Shown here: in pieces, positions 55,085 through 64,000 of the stretch | How the letters are laid out: each line of letters opens with the position of its first letter | Numbering within the stretch: the first letter of the stretch is position 1 | Assembly: GCA_045106415.1 (NCBI GenBank) | Contig: JBGCEP010000026.1 | Coordinates: 11,152-75,151 of the forward strand | DNA length: 64,000 nt | Reading direction: 5' to 3' | Source of the DNA: Oligoflexales bacterium | GTDB lineage: Bacteria > Bdellovibrionota_B > Oligoflexia > Oligoflexales > Bog-1112 | Notes under the pieces: model-generated | Database searches by the model: none | Told to the model about the DNA's origin: nothing | The model's input: the letters and a program-made list of their open reading frames with translations, nothing else | Position numbers and translations under genes: made by a program

Positions 55085-55330
55085 TCGTTGTTACCATTCT
55101 CCTGGCATACATTCGTATCGTAGAGGTATGCGGTATGGAAAAGGTGTTGTCGGAACTTGAAAATCGAGAAGAAGAGCAATAGGCTTTTTGTATTACAGGC
55201 ATTTAAGTAGGGTGAAAGGACTTTTGCTTGGCTTAATCGATAAAAAAGCTTGTAAGGAGTTATGAAAAACTAACACACCACCAAGAATCCATGAGCTTTA
55301 TTGGTCATATGATAATTGACCTAAAAAAAA
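55085..55330 (+). pseudogene. 3' remnant of an IS5-family DDE transposase gene
   Basis: 'GERTFAWLNR' is followed by a stop, then after a frameshift 'LVRSYEKLTHHQESMSFIGHMIIDLKK'. This reproduces the conserved C-terminal ERxFxWLxxxRRLxxDYEK...L tail of IS5-type transposases. No upstream catalytic part is present. Confidence 0.5.
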
Positions 55331-55392
55331 TATGGGATCATTCATAAAAGACTTAAAACGCAGCCATACAGCTTCTTAGAAGGTTTTGATAG

Positions 55393-56271
55393 TTAATAAT
55401 GTTGAAGATTGATGTGCTGGAACAATTGTGGAAGCTCCTCAGAACTCAGTGGTTTTGGTTTTGGCAGTAATCCACACTGAAAAGCGGCAAGGCCTAAAAG
55501 TTCTTCAGGTTTTCTAGAAAACTCTCGAATGTGAGTGCTACGAGTTCTTTTGGAAAGTTTTTGGTTTTCCTTATCTATAATGAGAGGGTGATGGAAATAA
55601 ATTGGCCTTTGTTGTTGAGGTAAGAGCTCTTGAGCAAGAAGTATTTGGCGTGCGCTAGAGTCTCGGAGATCTTCCCCTCTGATAATGAGATTTACGTTCT
55701 CATGTATATCATCAACAGTGACAGCAAATTGATAAGTCCAGTTACCTTTTCTGTCTTTAATTAAAAAATCACCACATTGTTGGTGAGGAGCGTCCGTTTG
55801 AGGACCTAAGTTTGAGTCCTTCCATGCAATATTTTCTGGTGTCACGATAAATCGAATTCCATCGATAGAGTTTGGTGTGATGTGATGATTTCGGCAGTTT
55901 CCGTTGTAGTACAATTCTTGTGCATGGCCAGGTTGCTTTTTGAGTATGTCTTTGCGGGTGCAATGACAAAAATAGGCTTTTCCGGATTTTATAAGTTTGT
56001 CAGAAGATTTTGCAAATCTATTGAGGTGTTCGCTTTGAATGCTGATTTCATCAGGCTGCATTTTTAACCATTTTAGGTCCTCTAGAATCATTTGAACCCA
56101 TTCAGATTTCGATCTTTGACGATCATGATCCTCAATACGTAGTATGACTTTCCCCCCATATTTTTTTGCGATTCCCCAGACATAAATTGCTGAAACAAGA
56201 TTACCAATATGTAGGGGACCTGTAGGGCTAGGAGCGAAGCGAGTGATCAATGAGGATGAAATGTGCATCAT
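55393..56271 (-). CDS. gluQ: glutamyl-Q tRNA(Asp) synthetase (GluRS catalytic-domain paralog)
   Basis: 'RFAPSPTGPLHIGN' (HIGH) and 'KLSKR' (KMSKS-like) are present. At only 292 aa it lacks an anticodon-binding domain, as expected for GluQ-RS/YadB. Confidence 0.85.
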   Translation of the reverse strand: MMHISSSLITRFAPSPTGPLHIGNLVSAIYVWGIAKKYGGKVILRIEDHDRQRSKSEWVQMILEDLKWLKMQPDEISIQSEHLNRFAKSSDKLIKSGKAYFCHCTRKDILKKQPGHAQELYYNGNCRNHHITPNSIDGIRFIVTPENIAWKDSNLGPQTDAPHQQCGDFLIKDRKGNWTYQFAVTVDDIHENVNLIIRGEDLRDSSARQILLAQELLPQQQRPIYFHHPLIIDKENQKLSKRTRSTHIREFSRKPEELLGLAAFQCGLLPKPKPLSSEELPQLFQHINLQHY

Positions 56272-56387
56272 TCAAAAACTCCGTGATAAAAACACTCTTA
56301 AGATAACAGTATTGATGAGAAATGTACTTGTGTTTTTATCTACGATAAAAAATTTCGTTGTATAATATGAGAACCTATGGGGAGAAA

Positions 56388-57503
56388 ATGATGATGTTGC
56401 CATGGAAAATTTTTATATACTTTTTCTTTTTAGTTTCATGTCAAAATTTCGGTGATCAATCTGTGATTACAGAATCTGAAAAGCGGATGACAAAATCTAA
56501 GCTATACATGGAGGCTCATGATGATGGAAATTCTTTTGCGTGCGCCTCTTGTCATGGTTTAACTGACGAAGGTGTGGTGAGAAGAGCTGGGCACCCATTG
56601 ACTAATGTGACTCTTCGTCCAAATTATAAAAATGGTCATATCTCTACGTTAAGAGAAGCTGTCAATAATTGTAGAGTTTCTTGGATGAATGCTCCTGAAT
56701 GGGATGAAAATGATTTAAAATGGCAAGATTTATTGGGTTTTTTGAAAGAACAAACGATTGTTATAGAAAAAGAAATAAAACCCGTTGAGTACCATATTAT
56801 TCAACCTCCTGATGATGTTTCAAGTGGTAATGAAGTAGTAGGCCAAGAGTTATTTAATAAGAGCTGTCTTATTTGTCATGGGCGAAATGGTGTAGGAACT
56901 GTGCAGGGTCCTGGTCTTGAGCGTATTCAATTGTCAGATAGTGTTATTGCAAAGCGGTTGCGCTTGTCAGGTCCAGAGGAAGATCCTGTTTATAATGAAC
57001 TTGAGGGCGGGAAAATGCCCTTTTGGTCGCAGGAACGTTTATCTGATGATGAGATGAGAAATATTATTTCTTTCTTACAATCGCAATCTGCTCTTAAAAG
57101 AAAAACATCTGAGCCTCCAGTTCCTCAAACAGAACGAGTCGATTTATCTTTGAGTGAAAGCCAAAAAAACTGTGGAAAAACATCTCAATATATCGGAAAG
57201 AAAATGACTCTTCGAAAAAGATTTCATGAAGTGAGTGGAACAATCACAATTATTGATGATTGCACATTGCACTTTGATCAATTTTTTTACGATGGTCTGG
57301 GAGTGGATGTGCGAGTGTATGCAGGTAAAAATAATGATTTTGATAACGGTTTAACAATAAGTCAGAATATTTTAGGTCGCACTTTTCAAGGAGGAAAGGC
57401 GAGTTTAAGATTACCTGAAGGAATGAATTTAACAGACTTCAATAGCCTGTCGATATGGTGTGTGCCTATTGGCATTAGTTTTGGAGAAGGTGTTTTTATG
57501 TAG
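56388..57503 (+). CDS. lipoprotein with two c-type heme motifs and a C-terminal DM13-like domain
   Basis: ATG at 56388 follows GGGGAG. Lipobox 'FFLVSC'. 'CASCHG' and 'CLICHG' are CxxCH motifs. The C-terminal 'VSGTITIIDDCTLHFDQFFYDGLGVDVRVYAG' resembles the DM13 domain. Confidence 0.7.
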   Translation: MMMLPWKIFIYFFFLVSCQNFGDQSVITESEKRMTKSKLYMEAHDDGNSFACASCHGLTDEGVVRRAGHPLTNVTLRPNYKNGHISTLREAVNNCRVSWMNAPEWDENDLKWQDLLGFLKEQTIVIEKEIKPVEYHIIQPPDDVSSGNEVVGQELFNKSCLICHGRNGVGTVQGPGLERIQLSDSVIAKRLRLSGPEEDPVYNELEGGKMPFWSQERLSDDEMRNIISFLQSQSALKRKTSEPPVPQTERVDLSLSESQKNCGKTSQYIGKKMTLRKRFHEVSGTITIIDDCTLHFDQFFYDGLGVDVRVYAGKNNDFDNGLTISQNILGRTFQGGKASLRLPEGMNLTDFNSLSIWCVPIGISFGEGVFM

Positions 57504-57527
57504 TTTTATTTATATGAAAAATAAATA

Positions 57528-58439
57528 TTATCTCAACCAAATCGTCGAACGGAACAATCTTCCTTCCTGAGATTTATCTGGATCATTGTGTTTATTCCAA
57601 GCGAAAACTTGTATGTGAGGGCATTCATGAATATTGGCAATGTCTTGTGAATTAAGGCGAAAACTGTCCATTTGTTGTTGCGTCATAGCTGCAATTTGTG
57701 TGCGAGGGCCTGGAAAAGGTCCTTGGCGAGCTCCTAAAAGCCGCCCAACAGGATCTGTGACAAAAATCATTTCGATATGATGTTCAGGGAGAGGAGAGTG
57801 ATCGACTTCAACAACAAAGTACCCATTTGGTTGTACGGATTTGAGATAAGGTTCCATAAGATTTTGTTGCTGAATTGCCGTTGGCGACAAACGGTATACA
57901 GAGGAAAAGAGTCCTCGAAAACGACTGCTAGCTAGATCGTTTCTTAAAATACTTGGTAGAAAAAGCATATTAGAATTAATACGTGTCATGTCAGGGGTGT
58001 TTATCGTACCTGTTCTATAGACGTGCTGTTTAGTTCCTTCTACAATGCGATAATAAATTTTCCAGTTTCCTGTGAGATTTAAATTATGAAAAATAGCATA
58101 TGGTGGAAACCCAGAAATAGGCATTTTTTCATGCTGTTGATAAACCCTTAAATTAGAGACTTGATCACCATCTTGTTGTGATTGGGCAAGCACAACTCTG
58201 TCTACCCACCTATTTGCTGTTTGAGGCTCACGTATAAGAATTTGAAGGCTTGCTCTAGATTGTGGTGGTGTATAAAAACCATCTTGTGCAACATTCTTTA
58301 AATGAAAACCGTCTATCCAATAAAGAAGCTTGTCTTCATCTGCTTTTCCAGGTGCTAGTTGCCCTAAGACGTCTTCTTGCGTTGGGCAGTTGTCTTCAGA
58401 GAGATTTAGTCGAAGTAAGTTTCGCCGGCTTACATCCAT
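57528..58439 (-). CDS. hypothetical protein (last gene of the PBP operon)
   Basis: TAATG overlap with the upstream gene. 303 aa. The N-terminus 'MDVSRRNLLRLNLSEDNC' has an RR motif but no hydrophobic core. I recognise no family. Confidence 0.6.
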   Translation of the reverse strand: MDVSRRNLLRLNLSEDNCPTQEDVLGQLAPGKADEDKLLYWIDGFHLKNVAQDGFYTPPQSRASLQILIREPQTANRWVDRVVLAQSQQDGDQVSNLRVYQQHEKMPISGFPPYAIFHNLNLTGNWKIYYRIVEGTKQHVYRTGTINTPDMTRINSNMLFLPSILRNDLASSRFRGLFSSVYRLSPTAIQQQNLMEPYLKSVQPNGYFVVEVDHSPLPEHHIEMIFVTDPVGRLLGARQGPFPGPRTQIAAMTQQQMDSFRLNSQDIANIHECPHIQVFAWNKHNDPDKSQEGRLFRSTIWLR

Positions 58440-59404
58440 TAGTTTGTCCTTACAAGAGTTCGGTAGACAGCACTTCCTACGGTTTTTTCACTAATAAAAA
58501 ATGGATGTTCTATGATATTTCGAAATGAACCCGGAGTTGCAATTGGGTTTCCTAAAAGATCGGTGATTATTGTCCCTTGGAGCTCGACGGCTGGTTGATA
58601 AGTTGACCCTTGGCGTGCAACGACCATAGGATAGGGAATGCCAGAAACATCAATTTGGCTAAAATCTGCTGCTTTAATTAGCTCAGAAAAGCGTCCTTCT
58701 GTAATATTATGTAAGGCTGCATCTTGTGGGTAAAATCGTCCTTGTCTGTGATGAGAGGATTGCTCTGCTGTAAATGTTGTTGACTGCAGAGTTTTGATCG
58801 ATATTTTACCAAGTGTGACGTTATTGATTTCTACGTTCCCTAAGTCAGACTTATAGAACTCTTGCCCCCCAGGGTTATTAAGCTGAATAACTAAACTAAG
58901 CGCATTTCCTGCGGTCGCATTTTTTTGAAGATCGACACCTTCAAAGAGGATAGGGTGAATGAAATCTTCTTTAGTGATGTCCGCAGGGCTGATTTCTTTA
59001 CGAAACAAAGTTTGACCACTGCTGCGACATAGAATCACTGTTTTTAATTTACCGTGTGTATATTTTTGAAAACCAACAGCTACGAGTGCAAATTTTTCTG
59101 GGCTGTAGGCTTTGACTGTAGGCGTTAAAGCTTCAGGAACATTTGGAAGAGTAGAAAGATCAATCGTGCCAGGAGGAGGGCATGTGTCTGAACTGATTGC
59201 TGGATCAAAATCAGGGTTTTCAACCTCTTCTTGTATTGTACCCTCATCTTTATTTTCTTTTTCTGGTGTATTTGTTGTTTCTGAGAGTGGAGGAGAAGAT
59301 TCCGGTTGGTCATTTGATTTATTCTGCGGCAAACAACTTAAAGGAGAAAGTCCCCATAAGCTTAGAAAAAATCTTCTATTGACCTTGAACCCTGGAGTCT
59401 TCAC
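58439..59404 (-). CDS. Tat-like signal/lipobox protein of unknown function
   Basis: The GTG start overlaps the upstream stop (GTGA). 'VNRRFFLSLWGLSPLSC' combines a twin-arginine motif with a lipobox Cys. A P/E/T-rich linker is followed by ~240 beta-rich residues. Confidence 0.6.
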   Translation of the reverse strand: MKTPGFKVNRRFFLSLWGLSPLSCLPQNKSNDQPESSPPLSETTNTPEKENKDEGTIQEEVENPDFDPAISSDTCPPPGTIDLSTLPNVPEALTPTVKAYSPEKFALVAVGFQKYTHGKLKTVILCRSSGQTLFRKEISPADITKEDFIHPILFEGVDLQKNATAGNALSLVIQLNNPGGQEFYKSDLGNVEINNVTLGKISIKTLQSTTFTAEQSSHHRQGRFYPQDAALHNITEGRFSELIKAADFSQIDVSGIPYPMVVARQGSTYQPAVELQGTIITDLLGNPIATPGSFRNIIEHPFFISEKTVGSAVYRTLVRTN

Positions 59405-60846
59405 CCATGTCCTCCACCGGTAGAAGGAGGAGTGCGAGAGTGCTGACGATTATTATTTTCTGGCACCGTTAAGGACATACCATGCTCTTGAAGATTTAAA
59501 ATCCAATGAGGCCAAGATGATGTGTGATCTTTTGCGAAATATCCTTGTTGATTTTTTCCAAAAAGGGAAGGGGCTCGTATAAGTCTTTGAATGAGAATGG
59601 TGCGTAAGGCATCCTTGCGGAACGAGTCATGAGTTAAGTGTCCAATATGAAAACCAAGCATGCGAAAATCAGCATCAATCACTTCATTTGGATTTAAAAA
59701 CCACGGATTGGAACTCGATATGTTGATAGGAAGCTTACTGTATTGAGGGATGAAATCAGCAAAGAAAGAGTCTTGTAGAAAATGATCCCAGGGGTCAGTT
59801 AAGCCTTTTGAGCGCCATTCATGGTGACCAAGAAGTGGGAATTGATCAACGCCATGATAGCGAAAAAGTTTGATGAAATGTCGAACGGTTCTGAAGTCAT
59901 CAGGAATAAAAATAGCTTGAGCTTTAGGCTGTGGCTTTAAAATAACTTTTTTAGAATCAAAAGGTAATCCTGCTTTGTCTGCAGCAAGAGCGGCTTTCCG
60001 AAGAGCGTCACGATACTCTTCGGGACGATCATTTGAATGTGTGTGGAAGACTGCTCCTGCAGCATAGTTCATGGAATTGAAGTCTCCTGGGACATAAGGA
60101 ATGACTTCTGAAACTTCAATGTGCAGCTCTTCTGCTTTCTTTTGAAACCTTTCAACGATGTTGTCTGCACCACCATGACTAGGTTTAAGGACAGCGATTT
60201 TATGAAAATTTCTTGTGAGGCTTTGACGTAATAGTCCATGTGCTAATTGACTTGGATCTGGAAAAAATTGGTATGCATAGATTTTGTTTTCGATAAATTT
60301 AGCATTCTGATTCAGAATTAATGTGGGACGCTCAAGTCCATCGCTCCATTTTGTTAGGATTTCTGCTTCGTTTTGTAAAAGTCCGCCGATAATAATGGCA
60401 ACATCATCATCAAAGACAAGTTGAGATAAAGGCTCTAAAATTCCTTTAGATGTGGTGGTGCTACGAACAACAAAAAGATCAGGAGGTAAATTGTAATCTT
60501 GAACAGCTTGTTTAAGCCCTGCGAGTAAACTTTGAGACAGTTCACGGTAAGGTCCAGATAAAGGTAGTAAAAGCCCTATCTTATTTTGATGTTTGCGTAA
60601 AGCGTGTCTTATGATTTTCATGCTTTTATTTCGATATTTTTTTGCGCAGTGTTTTGTTTGTAGCCTAGAGAAAAGATAAGGTTTTGAAGTTGTTTGTGAC
60701 ATCGGAGGGCGGTACATGGATAATCGATGATAATAAGGTTGTGATCGACGTATCGCATCTTTGCATACTTTGCGTGTCCCAGCTTGAATCTCTAAAAGAG
60801 AAAAACAACAAAAAGAAACAAATATGAATATTATTTTTGTTGTCAT
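59401..60846 (-). CDS. LpoA/LppC-like periplasmic-binding-fold protein
   Basis: The ATG overlaps the PBP stop (TGATG). It has a signal peptide. 'KIGLLLPLSGPYRELSQSLLAGLKQAV' resembles the start of the LpoA C-domain/type-1 periplasmic binding fold. The assignment is from memory. Confidence 0.55.
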   Translation of the reverse strand: MTTKIIFIFVSFCCFSLLEIQAGTRKVCKDAIRRSQPYYHRLSMYRPPMSQTTSKPYLFSRLQTKHCAKKYRNKSMKIIRHALRKHQNKIGLLLPLSGPYRELSQSLLAGLKQAVQDYNLPPDLFVVRSTTTSKGILEPLSQLVFDDDVAIIIGGLLQNEAEILTKWSDGLERPTLILNQNAKFIENKIYAYQFFPDPSQLAHGLLRQSLTRNFHKIAVLKPSHGGADNIVERFQKKAEELHIEVSEVIPYVPGDFNSMNYAAGAVFHTHSNDRPEEYRDALRKAALAADKAGLPFDSKKVILKPQPKAQAIFIPDDFRTVRHFIKLFRYHGVDQFPLLGHHEWRSKGLTDPWDHFLQDSFFADFIPQYSKLPINISSSNPWFLNPNEVIDADFRMLGFHIGHLTHDSFRKDALRTILIQRLIRAPSLFGKNQQGYFAKDHTSSWPHWILNLQEHGMSLTVPENNNRQHSRTPPSTGGGHG

Positions 60847-62990
60847 CAATGAGCTCCAAATGGGTTGCGGTAATGCCCTTTTTGGCCAATGACCTCGAGG
60901 TCGGAAACATGTTTTTGTGGAACATTGTTATAGTCAAACCACATTTTTGCACCTTGTGGTGTAAGATGACCATAGTTTGGATGAACACGCATAGAGACAA
61001 CACCTTTTGGTCGGATAAAAGGATCGATGTGATAGAAGCTCACAATCTGATCCATATAAAGTTTCCAGATAGGAAGAGCAAGTGTTGCTCCATGCATGTT
61101 GCCGCCAATTTTAATGTGTTCATCTGTGCCAACCCACACGAGAGTTTGGATATTCGCAGATACAGAAGCAAACCAATTGTCTTTTGAGTCGTTGGATGTC
61201 CCAGTTTTTCCACCTGCAATCTGAGCGTATTTAGCTGCTTTGCGAGCAGTCCCTTTTTTTAAGACATCTCTCATGCCTTGCATGGTTAAAAAAGCAACTT
61301 TTTCTGATAAAACGCGCTTGCGTTTTGTTGCAGTGTCTTTGATGTTAAATAAAATTTGGCCTTGGCGATTTGTTATTTTACGAATGGCGTGTGGCTCAGA
61401 GCGAATACCTCCAGTGGAAAAGACACTGTAGACTCGTGCCAGATCAAACATCGTGACTCCAGAACTTCCAAGGGTAGAACCAAACTCATCTTTCAAGGGG
61501 GAGCGAATTCCAAGTTTTTTTGCATGTTCTAAAATAGGTCGAATTCCTAATTTATGACCAAGCTCAACAGTGGGTGTGTTCATTGATCGATAAAACGCTC
61601 TTAATATTGTTGTTTCGGTCATATAATCTCGTTGTGGGGTTCTTGGCCGGTAATCACCAATTGTGACTGGCGAGACAAACATCATATCGCTCCATTTGTA
61701 GCCTTTTTCAAGAGCGAGAGAATATACAACAGCTTTAAATAAAGACCCAGGTTGTCGAATGGCTTGTGTTGTGCGATTAAAATTTGATTGGGTGTAGTTT
61801 CTTCCCCCAACCATCGCTAATATTTCTCCAGTTTTTGGGTTTGTAGAAAGTAGAGCTCCTTCTACAGTGGGTTTTTTCGGGGTGGGGTGTTTTTTTGAAG
61901 CTGGTATCATATGAGATTTTTCTGAAGCCATTTGAAAGACATCTTCAGAGCGTCTAATTGCACTTTCTGCAGCGTTCTGGAGTTTGCTATTGAGAGTTGT
62001 ATAAATTCGTAAACCTTGTGTTTGTAGGGCAGAAGACTGATCACCAAGAATGTCTTGGACGCGTTTTTTTATATGGTCTACAAAATAGGGAGAGGTTCTT
62101 CCATGGCGAGGGAGGTATTTTTGATAATCGAGAGGTTGTCGAGACCACATTTGAGATTCTTTACTGCTTAAAAATCCTGCGTGCTCCATGGCTCGTAGTA
62201 CTTGAAGTTGTCTTTTTTTAGCTTTCCGAGGGTAACGATCAGGGTTGTAACGGCTGGGTGATTGAAAAAGTCCAGCGATGAGCGCAAGTTGATGGACTTT
62301 AAGGTCTTTAAGGTCTTTGCCAAAATAGCGCTGAGCAGCAGCTCCAGCTCCATAGGAATGATTTCCTAAAAAGAGTGCGTTGCTATAAATCTCTAATATT
62401 TTTGATTTATTAGCGTGTTGTTCAAGCTGAATAGAGAGGAAAAGCTCTTTAACCTTTCGAATGAGTGTTTTGTCTTGTGAGAGTAAAAGGTTTCTGACAA
62501 CCTGTTGAGTAAGGGTACTTGCCCCTTGGCGTATACGTCCACCGCCTTTCACTTGCACCCATATAGCACGAGCAATTCCCCAAATATCAAATCCTGGGTG
62601 GTCAAAAAACCTGCGATCTTCAATAGCCAGAACAGCTTGTTTAAATTTTTTAGGGATTTTTGAGTATGGTGTATAAATTTGATAGCGCGTAAAAAATTCA
62701 CCGATAACTTGCCCGTTACGATCGAAAACAAGGCTGTTGTCTTGAGGTGTCCATGAAAGAATAGGATCAACATCTTTTCTTGTGTAATCAAAAACACCAA
62801 TGGAATTCAACCAAAGATAAAGAGCACAGCCCGCTATAACAGAGCTTGTGCCTAGGGTTCCAGCAAAAGCCTTCCAAATCCACAGATTCTTTTGATGTGG
62901 AGGTGTTTTTTCCTGGCGTTGTCGGTGCCGAGGCAGAGAGGAATATTCAAGGTATGGATCTTCGTTAAATGGATCCTTATGACCACGCAT
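60846..62990 (-). CDS. mrcA: class A penicillin-binding protein (bifunctional glycosyltransferase/transpeptidase), PBP1A type
   Basis: The GT51 motifs are 'EDRRFFDHPGFD', 'GASTLTQQ' and 'RKVKE'. The transpeptidase motifs are 'GSLFK' (SxxK) and 'KTGTSND'. It has an N-terminal TM segment. 714 aa. Confidence 0.92.
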   Translation of the reverse strand: MRGHKDPFNEDPYLEYSSLPRHRQRQEKTPPHQKNLWIWKAFAGTLGTSSVIAGCALYLWLNSIGVFDYTRKDVDPILSWTPQDNSLVFDRNGQVIGEFFTRYQIYTPYSKIPKKFKQAVLAIEDRRFFDHPGFDIWGIARAIWVQVKGGGRIRQGASTLTQQVVRNLLLSQDKTLIRKVKELFLSIQLEQHANKSKILEIYSNALFLGNHSYGAGAAAQRYFGKDLKDLKVHQLALIAGLFQSPSRYNPDRYPRKAKKRQLQVLRAMEHAGFLSSKESQMWSRQPLDYQKYLPRHGRTSPYFVDHIKKRVQDILGDQSSALQTQGLRIYTTLNSKLQNAAESAIRRSEDVFQMASEKSHMIPASKKHPTPKKPTVEGALLSTNPKTGEILAMVGGRNYTQSNFNRTTQAIRQPGSLFKAVVYSLALEKGYKWSDMMFVSPVTIGDYRPRTPQRDYMTETTILRAFYRSMNTPTVELGHKLGIRPILEHAKKLGIRSPLKDEFGSTLGSSGVTMFDLARVYSVFSTGGIRSEPHAIRKITNRQGQILFNIKDTATKRKRVLSEKVAFLTMQGMRDVLKKGTARKAAKYAQIAGGKTGTSNDSKDNWFASVSANIQTLVWVGTDEHIKIGGNMHGATLALPIWKLYMDQIVSFYHIDPFIRPKGVVSMRVHPNYGHLTPQGAKMWFDYNNVPQKHVSDLEVIGQKGHYRNPFGAH

Positions 62991-63076
62991 AGAGCGGCTT
63001 TCTCCTAAAGATGAGTCTCTAGAATATCATCGGTCTGAGAAAGGCTTCGCTCAAGTCTGCGCTTGCTGCCTACCGG

Positions 63077-64000
63077 TTATGGGATGGTGTTGATCTTAAT
63101 CATATTTGTCGGATTCATGCTATTGATAGGGATTCCTGCGGTGATAACAATCGTATCTCCAGACTGAACGATACCTAAACTTTTTAAGAGGTGAGGCAAA
63201 TCTTGTAGGAGAACATCTGTATTGTAGAACAGAGGATTTCGCATTCCGTAGACCCCCCAGATAAGCTCAAGCCGATGAATAACTTCTTCTCGAGGGCTGA
63301 TTGCAATAATTGGCGTATGAGGGCGCCATCTTGAAATCTGACGCGCGATAGAACCTGTTAAGGTTAAGCAAACAATAGCTCGAGCGTTGAGTTCATCAGC
63401 TGCTTCACACGTACTGCGGGCGATGGCTTCATGGGTTTCCCATTTGCTGTCAATTTCGGTATTGCTGTAACGACGTGTACGAGTATGAGCCCAAGACTCC
63501 ACCTGTTCAATAACCTCAACCATGCGTTTGACACATTCGACAGGGAAACGTCCAGCTGCCACTTCTGCAGAAAGCATAATGGCATCAGCGCCTTCAAGAA
63601 CACCATTTGCAACATCTGCGAGCTCAGCAAGGCTTGCTCGAGGGTTTTCCACCATAGACTCAAGCATTTGAGTTGCTATGATGACAGGAATGGCTTCTTG
63701 AGCAGCCGCGTTGACAATGAGTCTTTGAAAGCTAGGGACTTTTTCAACTTGACACTCAACGCCGAGATCGCCTCGAGCAACCATAAGACCGTCTGCAACT
63801 TTTGCAATTTTATCAATGTCGTTAACTGCGGATATTTTTTCTATCTTCGCAATAATAGGGGTATCAGCACCGAGAGCTTGGATAATCTTTCGACACACTG
63901 TTAAGTCGTCAGGCGACTGTACAAAAGATAATGCAACAACATCCACTCGTTGAGCTATGCCAAATAAAAGATCTTTTGTATCTTTTTCAGTCAATGCAGG
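63077..64000 (-). CDS. pyk: pyruvate kinase (5' part outside window)
   Basis: 'MVARGDLGVE' and 'ATQMLESM' are present, and the C-terminal regulatory domain is included. The frame stays open to the window edge. Confidence 0.9.
   Translation of the reverse strand, partial: PALTEKDTKDLLFGIAQRVDVVALSFVQSPDDLTVCRKIIQALGADTPIIAKIEKISAVNDIDKIAKVADGLMVARGDLGVECQVEKVPSFQRLIVNAAAQEAIPVIIATQMLESMVENPRASLAELADVANGVLEGADAIMLSAEVAAGRFPVECVKRMVEVIEQVESWAHTRTRRYSNTEIDSKWETHEAIARSTCEAADELNARAIVCLTLTGSIARQISRWRPHTPIIAISPREEVIHRLELIWGVYGMRNPLFYNTDVLLQDLPHLLKSLGIVQSGDTIVITAGIPINSMNPTNMIKINTIP

Noticed and set aside
41179-56271. Functional linkage between tRNA-Asp and gluQ, whose product modifies tRNA-Asp.
   Set aside because: The two are ~14 kb apart on opposite strands with many unrelated genes between them. 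I treat this as coincidence.
60665-61431. Several 60-116-aa ORFs overlapping the PBP/LpoA-like junction on both strands.
   Set aside because: All are embedded in, or antisense to, two long and well-supported genes. They have no independent start signals.

Overview
Low-GC, tightly packed chromosomal segment from a Gram-negative bacterium, judged from kdsB, outer-membrane beta-barrel C-termini, many lipobox lipoproteins and a type IV pilus secretin. The N/Q/D/E-rich low-complexity inserts recall Bdellovibrionota/Oligoflexia-like genomes, but the sequence alone cannot prove this. I support about 55 protein genes, one tRNA-Asp(GTC), a few terminators and two decayed IS relics (IS3-like and IS5-like). 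There is no rRNA, no CRISPR array and no intact mobile element or prophage. Recognisable housekeeping genes are an M16 peptidase, a cystathionine-beta-synthase-type enzyme, aroQ, aroC, pgeF, era, htrA/degP-like, kdsB, ktrAB, a PiT phosphate transporter, a rhomboid protease, gluQ, a class A PBP and pyk. The main structured block is a nine-gene pilMNOPQ operon that runs through two unknown genes into aroQ. Its PilQ has an atypical, low-complexity-rich architecture. The window is rich in phosphorelay parts (6 receiver domains, 2 HPt, one DHp-only, one HAMP-only) but contains only one complete histidine kinase. The candidates for something undescribed, none decisive without searches, are listed here. 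(1) Four translationally coupled genes: a class A PBP, an LpoA-like protein and two unknown exported proteins. (2) A ktrBA operon flanked by signalling fragments that lack a catalytic domain. (3) A REC-wHTH-REC-HPt single-chain protein next to a 1390-aa repeat lipoprotein with an FGE-sulfatase-like C-terminus. (4) A three-gene exported module (CxxCH protein, lipoprotein, Tat-signal protein) beside the IS3 relic. (5) A 960-aa MA-peptidase/outer-membrane-barrel fusion. (6) A sigma-like/anti-sigma-like membrane fusion.
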